From: Parachlamydiales bacterium
Lineage (GTDB): Bacteria > Chlamydiota > Chlamydiia > Chlamydiales > SM23-39
Assembly: GCA_016931275.1 (NCBI GenBank)
Contig: JAFGFA010000014.1
Location: 11,954-75,953 of the forward strand
DNA: 64,000 nucleotides
Reading direction: 5' to 3'
Numbering within the stretch: position 1 is the stretch's first letter; every line of letters begins with the position of its first letter. This document shows, one piece after another, positions 40,357 through 49,056 of the stretch. The notes beneath the pieces are model-generated. The model worked only from the letters and a program-made list of their open reading frames with translations, was not told where the DNA came from and did no database searches. The position numbers were made by a program, and so were the translations under genes.

Positions 40357-41103
40357 TCATATGTTCAACGCCTTTTTTGAACCATAATTTACTGAGGCAT
40401 GAAAGAGATTTTTCCGCACATGCGGAAAACTGTTTTCCATCTGCTGTATCAGCCGCTCCACCTCTTTTCTCTTGGAATCCCGTCCAAAAGGACATTGAAC
40501 ACTATTCGCTAAAAAATTATTTTGCCTTGCAAACTCTATAATATCCTTCTCTGCCACGTAGATCAAAGGGCGAATAATCGTGACCTTATATCGGATCATC
40601 GGTACTTTAGGCAAAAGAGAGGCAAACTCCCCTTTATGATAAAGATTTAAAAGAAGAGTTTGAATCGCATCATCACGGTGATGTCCAAAAGCTACTGTCG
40701 ATACATTGAGTTTTCTTGCTGTATCAAAAATGATTTTTCGCCGTATCCGAGAACAATAGTAACACTCGTTATTTTCTATGACCGGGGCCTTTTGAAGGAT
40801 TAACGGAATATTCAGAGAGGAACACACATTTTTCAGGAAAGAACGGTTCACGCTCCCCCCACAGGTTTTCTCTCCCTCTACATGAATCGCATGAAGTGAA
40901 AATTTCGGAAAACCTTTTCCTGAAATAGCGTGCAGCATAATCATCAAAGAAAGGCTATCTTTTCCCCCACTTAAAGCTATTGCAATAGAGGGATCTTCCA
41001 CCAGATCCAAATCAAACATCGCTTTTCGAACCTGGCTTTCCATTTTTTTTCCCACTTTGGAAAAGGGTAAAAAAGTTCCGGATTTCTCGTTCATGACACA
41101 CAT
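40357..41103 (-). CDS. ttcA: PP-loop ATPase, tRNA 2-thiocytidine synthase TtcA-like
   Basis: ALSGGKDS PP-loop, CYYCSRIRR, GHHRDD, RPLIYVAEKDI and CPFG. The start is uncertain (the track starts at TTG 41136). Confidence 0.78.
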   Translation of the reverse strand: MCVMNEKSGTFLPFSKVGKKMESQVRKAMFDLDLVEDPSIAIALSGGKDSLSLMIMLHAISGKGFPKFSLHAIHVEGEKTCGGSVNRSFLKNVCSSLNIPLILQKAPVIENNECYYCSRIRRKIIFDTARKLNVSTVAFGHHRDDAIQTLLLNLYHKGEFASLLPKVPMIRYKVTIIRPLIYVAEKDIIEFARQNNFLANSVQCPFGRDSKRKEVERLIQQMENSFPHVRKNLFHASVNYGSKKALNI

Positions 41104-41211
41104 ATTTTTCCGTAAATTGTACTCTCCCTCTCGCAAAGAGTCTATGAGAAATTTCTCATGGACTTTTAGTGAAAATTTTCATATAATTCATGCTTCTAAC
41201 TAGAGATACTA

Positions 41212-41490
41212 ATGCAAAAAGTCGGACGAAATGATCCTTGTCCTTGCGGCAGTGGTAAAAAATTCAAAAAATGTTGTGAATCCAAGATGATGCGAGGAAA
41301 ATTCTTAGCACAAAAAATTGATAATCCGGACACCGCTCTTCCAAAAATTAATACACTAAAGTCCCTCTTTCATAAAAAAGTCCCTCCCCCAAACCCTCCT
41401 AAAACATTAGAAGGAAAACAGTCTCAAGACACCACCGATCAACAAACCTCTCCCAAAACCTCCCAAGATCCCCAAAAAAATACGAAGTAA
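41212..41490 (+). CDS. SEC-C motif protein with Pro/Gln/Thr-rich tail
   Basis: N-terminal [18 protein letters not shown] (SEC-C metal-binding motif), 92 aa. Confidence 0.7.
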   Translation: MQKVGRNDPCPCGSGKKFKKCCESKMMRGKFLAQKIDNPDTALPKINTLKSLFHKKVPPPNPPKTLEGKQSQDTTDQQTSPKTSQDPQKNTK

Positions 41491-41534
41491 TTTATTGAGT
41501 GAAACCTCTGATTTTGTTATATCTTTATGGATAT

Positions 41535-41607
41535 GCTGGCGTAGCTCAATTGGTAGAGCATCCGATTTGTAATCGGCAGGTTGCGGGTTCAATTCCTGCC
41601 GCCAGCA
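41535..41607 (+). tRNA. tRNA-Thr (anticodon UGU)
   Basis: Manual cloverleaf: acceptor GCTGGCG/CGCCAGC, D arm GCTC-AATTGGTA-GAGC, anticodon arm TCCGA-TTTGTAA-TCGGC, T arm GCGGG-TTCAATT-CCTGC, discriminator A. No encoded CCA. Confidence 0.92.
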
Positions 41608-41614
41608 TTTCCTT

Positions 41615-41696
41615 GGGGGCGTCGCATAGCGGCAATTGCAAGGGACTGTAAATCCCTCGACTTCGGTCTTCGTTGGTTCGAGTCCAACCGCCCCCA
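41615..41696 (+). tRNA. tRNA-Tyr (anticodon GUA), long variable arm
   Basis: Acceptor GGGGGCG/CGCCCCC, anticodon arm AGGGA-CTGTAAA-TCCCT, 14-nt variable arm, T arm GTTGG-TTCGAGT-CCAAC. No encoded CCA. Confidence 0.92.
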
Positions 41697-41786
41697 ATTT
41701 TCTAGAAAAATCCATTAAAAGTAATGTGATCTATAATCAATAACTTTCTAATTTTAAATATATTAAATAAATATAAAATTTTTTCG

Positions 41787-41815
41787 TTGTCGAATTGTAC
41801 CAAAATTGGTACAAT
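41787..41815 (+). promoter_or_regulatory. candidate promoter (TTGTCG-N17-TACAAT) with embedded perfect palindrome (operator) for the higBA-like operon
   Basis: -35 TTGTCG at 41787-41792 and -10 TACAAT at 41810-41815. A 9-bp perfect inverted repeat, TTGTACCAA-AA-TTGGTACAA, at 41795-41814 covers the spacer and -10. Confidence 0.4.
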
Positions 41816-41838
41816 AAAGTTAAATTGAGTATGATACC

Positions 41839-42195
41839 GTGGTAAATTCGCCTCCTAGAAAAATTGTATCTGTTGTTTTTTGGAAAGAGATAAATGAAAA
41901 GGAACCGGTTAGAGAATGGCTAAAAACATTAACTAAGAGCCAAAAAAAAATTATTGGAGAGGATGTTAAAACAGTAGAAATGGGTTGGCCTTTAGGTATG
42001 CCTCTTGTCAAATCAATGGGCAAAGGTATTTGGGAGGTTAGAAGTAATTTTAAAAATGGTATCGCGAGAATACTATTTAAAATGCATAAAAATCAGATGG
42101 TGCTTTTACATGGCTTTATAAAAAAAAGTCAAAAAACGCCTCTGAAAGATTTAGAAACCGCTCTTAAAAGAGCTAAACAACTTGAAGAGTTATGA
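41839..42195 (+). CDS. higB: type II toxin, HigB/RelE-ParE superfamily (phage Gp49-like)
   Basis: 118 aa with GTG start. EKEPVREWLKTLTKSQKKIIGEDVKTVEMGWPLGMPLVKSMGKGIWEVRSNFKNGIARILF...VLLHGFIKKSQKTPLKDLETALKR matches the Gp49-like toxin pattern. Confidence 0.8.
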   Translation: MVNSPPRKIVSVVFWKEINEKEPVREWLKTLTKSQKKIIGEDVKTVEMGWPLGMPLVKSMGKGIWEVRSNFKNGIARILFKMHKNQMVLLHGFIKKSQKTPLKDLETALKRAKQLEEL

Positions 42196-42467
42196 AAAAA
42201 CATATTGGTTCTAATTTCAATGATTTTCTTGAAGAAGAAGGATTTCTTGAAGAAGCAGAGTCCGTAGCGGCCAAAAGAGTTTTTGTTTATCAACTTGAAA
42301 AAGAACTGAAAAAACAAAAAATCGATAAAATGGAATTTGCAGAAAGATTAGAAACAAGTCGATCTGCAGTTGATCGTATTTTAGATCCCGAATGTCCTTC
42401 TACTTTAAAAACATTTTCAAAAGCAGCTAGAGCAGTAGGGAAACATCTTAAAATTAGCTTGGCATAA
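42192..42467 (+). CDS. higA: type II antitoxin, XRE-family HTH (HigA-like)
   Basis: ATGA overlap with the toxin stop. GSNFNDFLEEEGFLEEAESVAAKRV...MEFAERLETSRSAVDRILDPECPSTLKTFSKAARAVGKHLKISL is typical of the partner antitoxin. Confidence 0.8.
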   Translation: MKKHIGSNFNDFLEEEGFLEEAESVAAKRVFVYQLEKELKKQKIDKMEFAERLETSRSAVDRILDPECPSTLKTFSKAARAVGKHLKISLA

Positions 42468-42534
42468 TCTGAGAGCAGAGTAAAATAATCTCAAAAATAT
42501 TAGAATATTAAGTTTGAAAAATAAAAAACGTAAA

Positions 42535-43104
42535 ATGTTAGCACCTGTTCTTGAAACCTCAAGATTGATCTTAAGATATTGGAAACAAAAGGATCTTTTC
42601 CCTTTTTCTATAATGAATGCAGACAAAAGAGTTATGGAATTTTTGCATAAGATTCTTTCATTGGAAGAGAGCGATGCTTTAGCAGAAAGGATTCAAAAAG
42701 AATTTAAAGAAAAGCCTTACGGTTTTTGGGCCATAGAAGTGAAAAAGGGAACCTCATTTATTGGTTTTGTAGGATTACATTATTTAGATCCTATAGAATT
42801 GCCAGCTCATTTTACTCCATGTATCGAAATAGGGTGGAGACTTGACTTTGATCATTGGGGAAAAGGCTATGCTTTTGAAGCTGCGTCTAAAGTGCTTGAA
42901 TATGCATTTCAAATACTTAACTTAAAAGAAGTTGTAGCCTATACAGATATAAATAATATGCGTTCTAGGAAACTCATGGAAAAATTAAAAATGATTCATA
43001 ACTCTGAAGAAAACTTTGTTCATCCTAAAACTTCTGAAAATAGTCCTTTAACGAATTGTGTTCTTTATAGATTAAAGAATCCTAAAAGGTGTTCCTATGG
43101 CTGA
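42535..43104 (+). CDS. GNAT N-acetyltransferase (RimJ/RimL-like)
   Basis: LETSRLILRYW N-terminus and WGKGYAFEAASKVLEYAF. The track starts at TTG 42514. Confidence 0.8.
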   Translation: MLAPVLETSRLILRYWKQKDLFPFSIMNADKRVMEFLHKILSLEESDALAERIQKEFKEKPYGFWAIEVKKGTSFIGFVGLHYLDPIELPAHFTPCIEIGWRLDFDHWGKGYAFEAASKVLEYAFQILNLKEVVAYTDINNMRSRKLMEKLKMIHNSEENFVHPKTSENSPLTNCVLYRLKNPKRCSYG

Positions 43105-43753
43105 TTATGTATTAGTTCATGGTGGCAATATGCCAACTGATGCATGGAATAAACTGGTTAAGAAAGAAGAATATCCTCCAGGAGGATATATGGGAGGAAA
43201 AATCTGGGATAAAGCCATTTTAGAGCTTAAATCTAAAAATCATAGGGCATTTGCTCCAACATTGCTGGATGCAGAAAAAAACAATCTTTCTGATCATGTT
43301 AAGCAGATATGCAATCTAATCAAGGAAAATAGATTAAAAGATGTCATTTTAGTTGGTTCAAGTTATGGAGGGATGATCATCACTGGAGTAGCTGATAAAA
43401 TGCCGGATAAAATCGGCCTTTTGGTCTATCTTGATGCTGCTTTACCCGATCCAGGACAATCATTGTTCGATCTTCTTATTGCAGCGAATTACGATCCGAA
43501 GCCTAGTTTTGAAGCATTTCCAAAGGCTTATATTGAAAAAATTTATTTTGATCCTCAAAAGATAGATGCATTACCTAAGATCTATATCCAATGTACGGAA
43601 AGCTCTTTTGTATCTATGACTAACATAGATAAACAAAAAGTTTTCAAAGGGAAAAATTGGCAGTTTTTTGAATTACCCACTTCCCATATTCCTCAAGCTA
43701 CAATGCCTGAAAAATTAATAGAGCTATTATTAAATTTTGGTATGAATTTTTAA
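43097..43753 (+). CDS. alpha/beta hydrolase (methylesterase/SABP2-like)
   Basis: YVLVHGG N-terminus, nucleophile elbow VGSSYGG and C-terminal His (PTSHIP). 8-nt overlap with the GNAT gene. Confidence 0.72.
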   Translation: MADYVLVHGGNMPTDAWNKLVKKEEYPPGGYMGGKIWDKAILELKSKNHRAFAPTLLDAEKNNLSDHVKQICNLIKENRLKDVILVGSSYGGMIITGVADKMPDKIGLLVYLDAALPDPGQSLFDLLIAANYDPKPSFEAFPKAYIEKIYFDPQKIDALPKIYIQCTESSFVSMTNIDKQKVFKGKNWQFFELPTSHIPQATMPEKLIELLLNFGMNF

Positions 43754-43784
43754 CAGCATGTACTATGCAGAAATTATTCTTGGG

Positions 43785-44036
43785 TTAGGTTTTTATTTTT
43801 TGAAATAAGAGTACATTTTCTTGGGTTTCATAATGAATTAAACCATCATTTTGGTTGGTTTTTTTATTATAGAAATCTCTTAGATATTCTATGAACTTTT
43901 GTTCTTTTCCAGAACGTATTACATCACCCCAAATACTCATTGATCGTATGCGTTCAATAGCTTCTTCAACCGTGAAGGTGAGTTCTATTTCGAAATTTTG
44001 TTTTGCTATAATCTTGAAGCCATTTTTCGTTAACAA
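43785..44036 (-). pseudogene. orphan C-terminal fragment (possibly of a SAM-dependent methyltransferase)
   Basis: 83-aa ORF with an in-frame stop 5 codons upstream of its TTG. It begins LTKNGFKII, like the end of a class I MTase. Weak. Confidence 0.3.
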
Positions 44037-44065
44037 TTTTTATAGATGTTCTCTATTCCATGAGT

Positions 44066-44706
44066 TCAAATTCTATTCAGGATTCTAATTTTTTCAATAT
44101 ATTCTATCACCTGGTTAATGACATTCCATTTGGGATTTAAGGCATCATGTTCCATTCCTTTTATTCGTAAATATGTAATATCTTGATTATTTTTCCTTGC
44201 TTTTTCGATAAGACGATCGGTAGAGGAACATCCGATATCTTTGCTACCGGTAATTACAAGAACAGGACAAGACAAATTAAGAAATTCTTGAAATTCTGTT
44301 TGATCTAAAGCATCTGACCAATAACGAAATGTTTGCCCAAACCAAAATTGATTAGGATCTGGGTTTTCTTTCATCTTTTGCATTTGTAATTCATAATCTT
44401 GCTGATTTTTAGGCAATCTATAGAGTCTTTTTGCGATAGGATTTATGTTTTGAATAACATTCCAGATATACTCTTTAAATGATTGATCACTACATCCTAC
44501 GATTGGAATGCATGCTGTAGGATGAATTGCATGGGATAATTTAATAGCAATGGGACCACCTTCGCTACCCCCCATGATAAATAATTGTCCATTCCAATTT
44601 GTGGATGTTCATGAAGATATTGAATAAGAGCTTTGTGATCTATAAGTCGTTTAGAGGGCATATTCCATATAATCTCTGGCTCTTGAACGCGTCCAATCCC
44701 GTTCAT
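44066..44706 (-). pseudogene. alpha/beta hydrolase, 5'-truncated and frameshifted at a C6/G6 homopolymer
   Basis: ORFs 44497-44706 and 44066-44575 join at the run CCCCCC at 44568-44573. One extra G would read ...DNYLSWGGSEGGPIAIK (GxSxG nucleophile), followed by Asp (GSKD) and His (MEHD). Confidence 0.7.
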
Positions 44707-45319
44707 GAAGTTTTTTTATATGCTGTAAAATGGCTCTTAACTTTTCCAGAATAATTTCTTCTAAAGAATAAATTAAAATATTTTGTTCGATAATTTCTTC
44801 ATAATTATGAAGTATGCCTTTAACAACTGGTTTAAAAACGATAGTTTCTTCTCTAGAAATTTCAATCATAGCTGTTGTTAGTGGCTGAGATTGCCAGGGA
44901 AATTGTGCATTAATTTTAAAAGCCTCTTGACCTTGAGGATGGGGAGATTTTTCTTTATATCTTTTCACAAAAATTTTAATAGGAGCAAATTCATGAATTC
45001 TATTTTCAGCATATTTACAGGCATTAGAAATTTCTTGCATTAAATCATTTCCTATAGGTGTTTTCGAAATAATTGAAAAATCTAAATCTTCAGAAAATCT
45101 ATAATTTCCAAAATATCCCTTTTTTAATGCTGTTCCTCCTTTAAATAGCAGAGAAGACTTTAAATTCTCCTGCTGATAAATTCCAACTAATAACCAAGAT
45201 AATAAATAATCTTGTTGTACTATATCTAATCTCAAACCAGTCTTTTGAGCAATTTTCTCTAATCTTTTTCGTAATGGCTTTAAAATCACTCCAAACCTAT
45301 ATTTTCTTGTATCATCCAT
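44651..45319 (-). CDS. abiEii: AbiEii/AbiGii-family nucleotidyltransferase toxin (type IV TA), apparently C-terminally short
   Basis: LLFKGGTALKKGYFGNYRFSEDLDFSI motif. The 222-aa protein ends right at ARDYMEYAL, where family members (about 280-300 aa from memory) continue. Confidence 0.78.
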   Translation of the reverse strand: MDDTRKYRFGVILKPLRKRLEKIAQKTGLRLDIVQQDYLLSWLLVGIYQQENLKSSLLFKGGTALKKGYFGNYRFSEDLDFSIISKTPIGNDLMQEISNACKYAENRIHEFAPIKIFVKRYKEKSPHPQGQEAFKINAQFPWQSQPLTTAMIEISREETIVFKPVVKGILHNYEEIIEQNILIYSLEEIILEKLRAILQHIKKLHERDWTRSRARDYMEYAL

Positions 45320-46059
45320 TTTTTATTATATATGCCCCTGCAATCTCCGATAGGGTTAAGTTTACGATATCCTTTTATCGGTACTTGTAAAAGAGTTTTT
45401 AAATAAGAATGTTTAACATTTAATTTTTCTAAAATCCACCCAAGACGTTTTATGACAGATTTATCCAGTTTCATTGAATATCGAATTATTTTTTCGAAAT
45501 TAATCTTATTTTTTGACATTTTAAAAGCATGTAATATTTCTTGAAAATCTCCGCAATACTGAGGCATCATTAAACCATCAAGTAGGGTTCTTTCCAAATC
45601 AGTAATAGAAATTTGGGATTGTCCAATCCATACTTTTTCTATTCCAAAATAATGTTCTTTTTTAATTTTAATAAAACGAAATTTATCCTTGTTTATAGAG
45701 CGAGGAATTGAACTAGAAGTCGGTGTGATGGCAAAAATAGTATTTGAAGATTGTTGAGTAAGATTATAATGTTTCATAGCAGTCCAATGACTAATTGCAG
45801 AAGTAACAACAAGGGCCATAGCAATTTCAAATTCATGAGGAGGATCGATAAACCCCGACTCTGCGCTAAATGCATAAACACCTTTTTTCAATCTTAAAAT
45901 CCAGCCCCCTTTTAGACAATAATGTAAAGCTTCCGTTACATAATTTGGTCGGATTTTAAGCTGAACAGCTATTTCTTTAGCCTGATCGATATTAAATATC
46001 TTTAGGCCTTGAGAGGCTATCTTTCGTAAAATATTAATACCGGCAATTGATTGTTTCAT
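45286..46059 (-). CDS. abiEi: AbiEi-family antitoxin / transcriptional regulator
   Basis: 257 aa. N-terminal wHTH-like IFNIDQAKEIAVQLKIRPNYVTEALHYCLKGGWILRLKKGVYAF. Overlaps abiEii by 34 nt. Confidence 0.78.
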   Translation of the reverse strand: MKQSIAGINILRKIASQGLKIFNIDQAKEIAVQLKIRPNYVTEALHYCLKGGWILRLKKGVYAFSAESGFIDPPHEFEIAMALVVTSAISHWTAMKHYNLTQQSSNTIFAITPTSSSIPRSINKDKFRFIKIKKEHYFGIEKVWIGQSQISITDLERTLLDGLMMPQYCGDFQEILHAFKMSKNKINFEKIIRYSMKLDKSVIKRLGWILEKLNVKHSYLKTLLQVPIKGYRKLNPIGDCRGIYNKKWMIQENIGLE

Positions 46060-46264
46060 ATTTTTATATATATTATATGCGTCGATATTTTGACAATATC
46101 CAAATTTCTGCAGTTGAAAAATATTTTGTAAAACTTCAGCATTCTAATGCAATTCTTAAGTGTCGAATTGAAAAACTAGATAAAAATCAGAGTAATGCAA
46201 TTCAAAAGCTACATAGTGTTTCTCGAACGATCGAATTGAATATCAAAAATTATCCAAGATCGTA

Positions 46265-46679
46265 ATTGCTGATGGGTCACTGATGGGACAGTAATAACTC
46301 CTTTTCCTTTATATCCATAATCAACTTTTTCGCCTCCTCCAGGCGCAGGGGAAAAAAGATCCTTCTACCAAAAGAGTAGAAGGATCTACTTTCTTTGCAT
46401 TCATGGCTCTTTGTAACAGAAGGCTAAGCACTCGATCAAATACTCCTTCCTTGTACCATCTGGCTAACCATCTATGTGCTGTAGCTCTATGAGCATACTG
46501 CGTAGATGTAGGGATATCACTCACCGACATCCATGGGATAAAACATAAAAGATAGAATTCCATATTTTTCTAAAATCTGTGCGAGGAGTTCCTCTTTGCA
46601 AAGGAGGTTCCCAATCCATGAAAGACTGAATCAAACTCCATTGCTCATTTGAAAGAAATTGAAAGTGTTTTTGAGACAT
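46265..46679 (-). mobile_element. IS5-family (IS427/IS1031-like) transposase remnant, frameshifted and 3'-truncated
   Basis: Own translation from ATG 46679 gives MSQKHFQFLSNEQWSLIQSFMDWEPPLQRGTPRTDFRKIWNSIFYVLSHGCR*. After a frameshift it continues SDIPTSTQYAHRATAHRWLARWYKEGVFDRVL...LLVEGSFFP, then (after a shift) GGEKVDYGYKGKGV. There is no DDE catalytic core. Confidence 0.7.
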
Positions 46680-46827
46680 ATGGTGCTCCTAAAGTTGTCT
46701 TCAGAAGGTTAAGTATATTAAATAAAATATTCGCTGAAATAGTTTTGTAATTTCAAAATATTAATTAACTTTTTATTTCTTGCTAAAGATTGACTAAAAT
46801 AAATCGTTTAAAATAAAATCGCTTTTT

Positions 46828-49056
46828 ATGAAAAAAACAAAGTCAATATTATCTTTAATAGTTACTCAATTCTTTGGAGCATTTAATGATAATGCTTGGA
46901 AAATCATGGTCTTTGTTTTAGCAACAAGATCTACCGTACCATTTTTCTTTCACACAGATAACCACGAAATCGACCATCAATTAAAAGCTATGTTGACATT
47001 GTTTGTTTTTTTGATTCCCATGACACTTTTTTCTCTTCCAACAGGTTTTATTTCTGATCGTATTAGCAAACGCACTGTGATTGTTATAGCCAAATGGTTA
47101 GAAGTTGCAATTATGTTGAGCTCTACCATTTTTCTTTTTGTTTTTCCTCAAAAACTCGTTTTTTCTTTTTTTTTTCTAGCGGCTATGGGTATACAAAGTG
47201 CTTTTTTTAGTCCTGCCAAATACGGCATCTTACCAGAGCTTTTAGAAGAACAAGATCTTTACAAAGGCAATGGACTAATAGAGATGTGGACAATGCTTGC
47301 TATTATCATAGGTACTGGCATGGGACCTATATTTTTAGCCCCAGACAAAATGGGAATGCTACCACATTTAACCGCTATAGGGCCATTAATATTAACCCTG
47401 TTATCAATAGTGGGTCTAATCGGAGCTTATTTTGTTCCCAAGGTTCCTGCGGTCCGATCAGGAAATGTTTCAGTCATAAAAACTATTAAGAGTTCTGTTC
47501 CAATCATTAAAAATAATAAAAAACTGCTTTTGGCCATTGTAAGCATGGGATTTTATTGGCTTTTCATTAGCTTGTTCGGTCAAAATATTCTGGTTTATGC
47601 CAAAGAATTGGCAAAAGATCTTCGAACGGGAGAGCTTATTCAGGGATTATTTCCCGCTTCTTTTGGAGTTGGAGTGGCCATTGGTGCTCTTTTAAGCGGC
47701 ATTTTTTCTCGTCAGGAAATTGTTTATGGCATGATTCCTATGGGAGCCACGGGTTTTGCCTTTTTTTCTATTTTATTTAGTTTTTTACCAATACCATTTT
47801 ATGCAAATTTTATCATAATAATGTTTATAGGCATATCTTCTGGTCTGTTTATAGTTCCCGTTCGATCTATCATTCAATGGTCTTCTCCAATAGAAGCACG
47901 AGGTTCGATCATTGCTTTTAGTAATTTTTTCAATTTTATAGGTGTGATCTGTGGATCCTTAATAACAACAGGGCTATCCTTTTTAGGTCTTTCTATCCGA
48001 TTGATCTTAATCATTTCTGCTCTCTTAATCGCTGCAGCGGCTATTTGGTCTTTATCTCTATTAAATGTGAAAGCCAGAATCATCAAAATCTTTTATCAAA
48101 TCATTACTTTTTTCTATTTTGATAAAATTGAAGTTATTGATCCACAAAAGCTTCCCGACAAAAAACCAATTTTGTTTGTTGCTCTACATCGCAATGGCGC
48201 TACGGATGGTTTTGTTTATCTGGCTGCTTTGAAGCCGTATTTCACGTATCTTGTTGCTAAAAGACTGCGCAAGACGTTCATAGGCAAAATATTTTTTCAT
48301 GGGATAGAGGTCATCAGAAGAAAAGATGGGGAAAAGGATCGGGGGAAAACTAATATTAAAGCTATTGAACAATGCCTTGCCCTCTTAAAGAACGGTGAAA
48401 ATATTTTTATATTTCCAGAAGGAACTAGCAACCTCGGTCTTGAACCTCTTCCTTTCCAGAAAGGAGCTGCACGTATAGCAGAGTCATTTATTGCACAAGA
48501 GGAATCTCTTATTATTGTTCCTTTGGGGATCAGATATAGTTCTCCAACAAAAATGGGAAGCCGAGTAAAAATTTTAGTTGGAGATCCTTTCTATTTTGAC
48601 CATCCTTCTGATAAAAATACCATTCACCAACAAATTGAAAAAGCACTTTTAGAATTAGCTGTCATAGGACCATCTGAAGAAGAAAAATCACCTTCTTATT
48701 TAAGTTTGCAGTCGTTAGTCGAATCAAAATATATTTTATCTAAAAACAAATGGTTTGCACTCCTTACAAACTTGTTGACTTTTCCTATTATTGCTGTCGG
48801 TTTTTTAGTTAATTTGCCACCGCTGTTTTTTGGTTATTTGGCCGGAAAAATATTTTCGGATGCTAGAAATGTCGTTTCTCTTTGGCGTATTATCATTGGA
48901 TTCCCAGTTTTTTTCCTGTGGATGGCTTTGTTATTCTATCTTTGCATCTCTTTTCACCAACCATTTCTGTTTCTAAGCTATCTTAGTTTGACTGTTTTAA
49001 GCGCTAAGATATACGGACCTTGGAAAATGAATTTTCGACGAGGAATTAAGATATGA
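46828..49056 (+). CDS. fusion: MFS lysophospholipid-transporter-like (LplT-type) domain + PlsC-type acyltransferase + C-terminal TM helices
   Basis: 742 aa. About 12 N-terminal TM helices, acyltransferase motifs HRNGATDG (HX4D) and FPEGTS, then two or three more TM helices. Confidence 0.8.
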   Translation: MKKTKSILSLIVTQFFGAFNDNAWKIMVFVLATRSTVPFFFHTDNHEIDHQLKAMLTLFVFLIPMTLFSLPTGFISDRISKRTVIVIAKWLEVAIMLSSTIFLFVFPQKLVFSFFFLAAMGIQSAFFSPAKYGILPELLEEQDLYKGNGLIEMWTMLAIIIGTGMGPIFLAPDKMGMLPHLTAIGPLILTLLSIVGLIGAYFVPKVPAVRSGNVSVIKTIKSSVPIIKNNKKLLLAIVSMGFYWLFISLFGQNILVYAKELAKDLRTGELIQGLFPASFGVGVAIGALLSGIFSRQEIVYGMIPMGATGFAFFSILFSFLPIPFYANFIIIMFIGISSGLFIVPVRSIIQWSSPIEARGSIIAFSNFFNFIGVICGSLITTGLSFLGLSIRLILIISALLIAAAAIWSLSLLNVKARIIKIFYQIITFFYFDKIEVIDPQKLPDKKPILFVALHRNGATDGFVYLAALKPYFTYLVAKRLRKTFIGKIFFHGIEVIRRKDGEKDRGKTNIKAIEQCLALLKNGENIFIFPEGTSNLGLEPLPFQKGAARIAESFIAQEESLIIVPLGIRYSSPTKMGSRVKILVGDPFYFDHPSDKNTIHQQIEKALLELAVIGPSEEEKSPSYLSLQSLVESKYILSKNKWFALLTNLLTFPIIAVGFLVNLPPLFFGYLAGKIFSDARNVVSLWRIIIGFPVFFLWMALLFYLCISFHQPFLFLSYLSLTVLSAKIYGPWKMNFRRGIKI

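Noticed and set aside
41697-41713. Possible att-like match between the sequence just after tRNA-Tyr (TTTCTAGAAAAATCC) and the island right edge (TTTCTATAAAAAAGCC at 59293-59308)
   Set aside because: Only about 12/15 match, it is AT-rich low complexity, and it does not include any of the tRNA 3' end. It is not enough to call a direct repeat or att site.
41407-41715. 102-aa minus-strand ORF in the track
   Set aside because: It runs antisense through both tRNA genes and the SEC-C gene tail, so it is a spurious shadow ORF.
46047-46265. 72-aa + strand ORF between abiEi and the IS remnant
   Set aside because: It overlaps the abiEi start and promoter region, has low-complexity AT-rich codons and no motifs.
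47166-47175. T10 homopolymer inside the MFS-acyltransferase gene
   Set aside because: It is read in frame as consecutive Phe codons (FSFFFLAAMG) of a TM helix and the ORF is intact. There is no evidence of phase variation from a single sequence.
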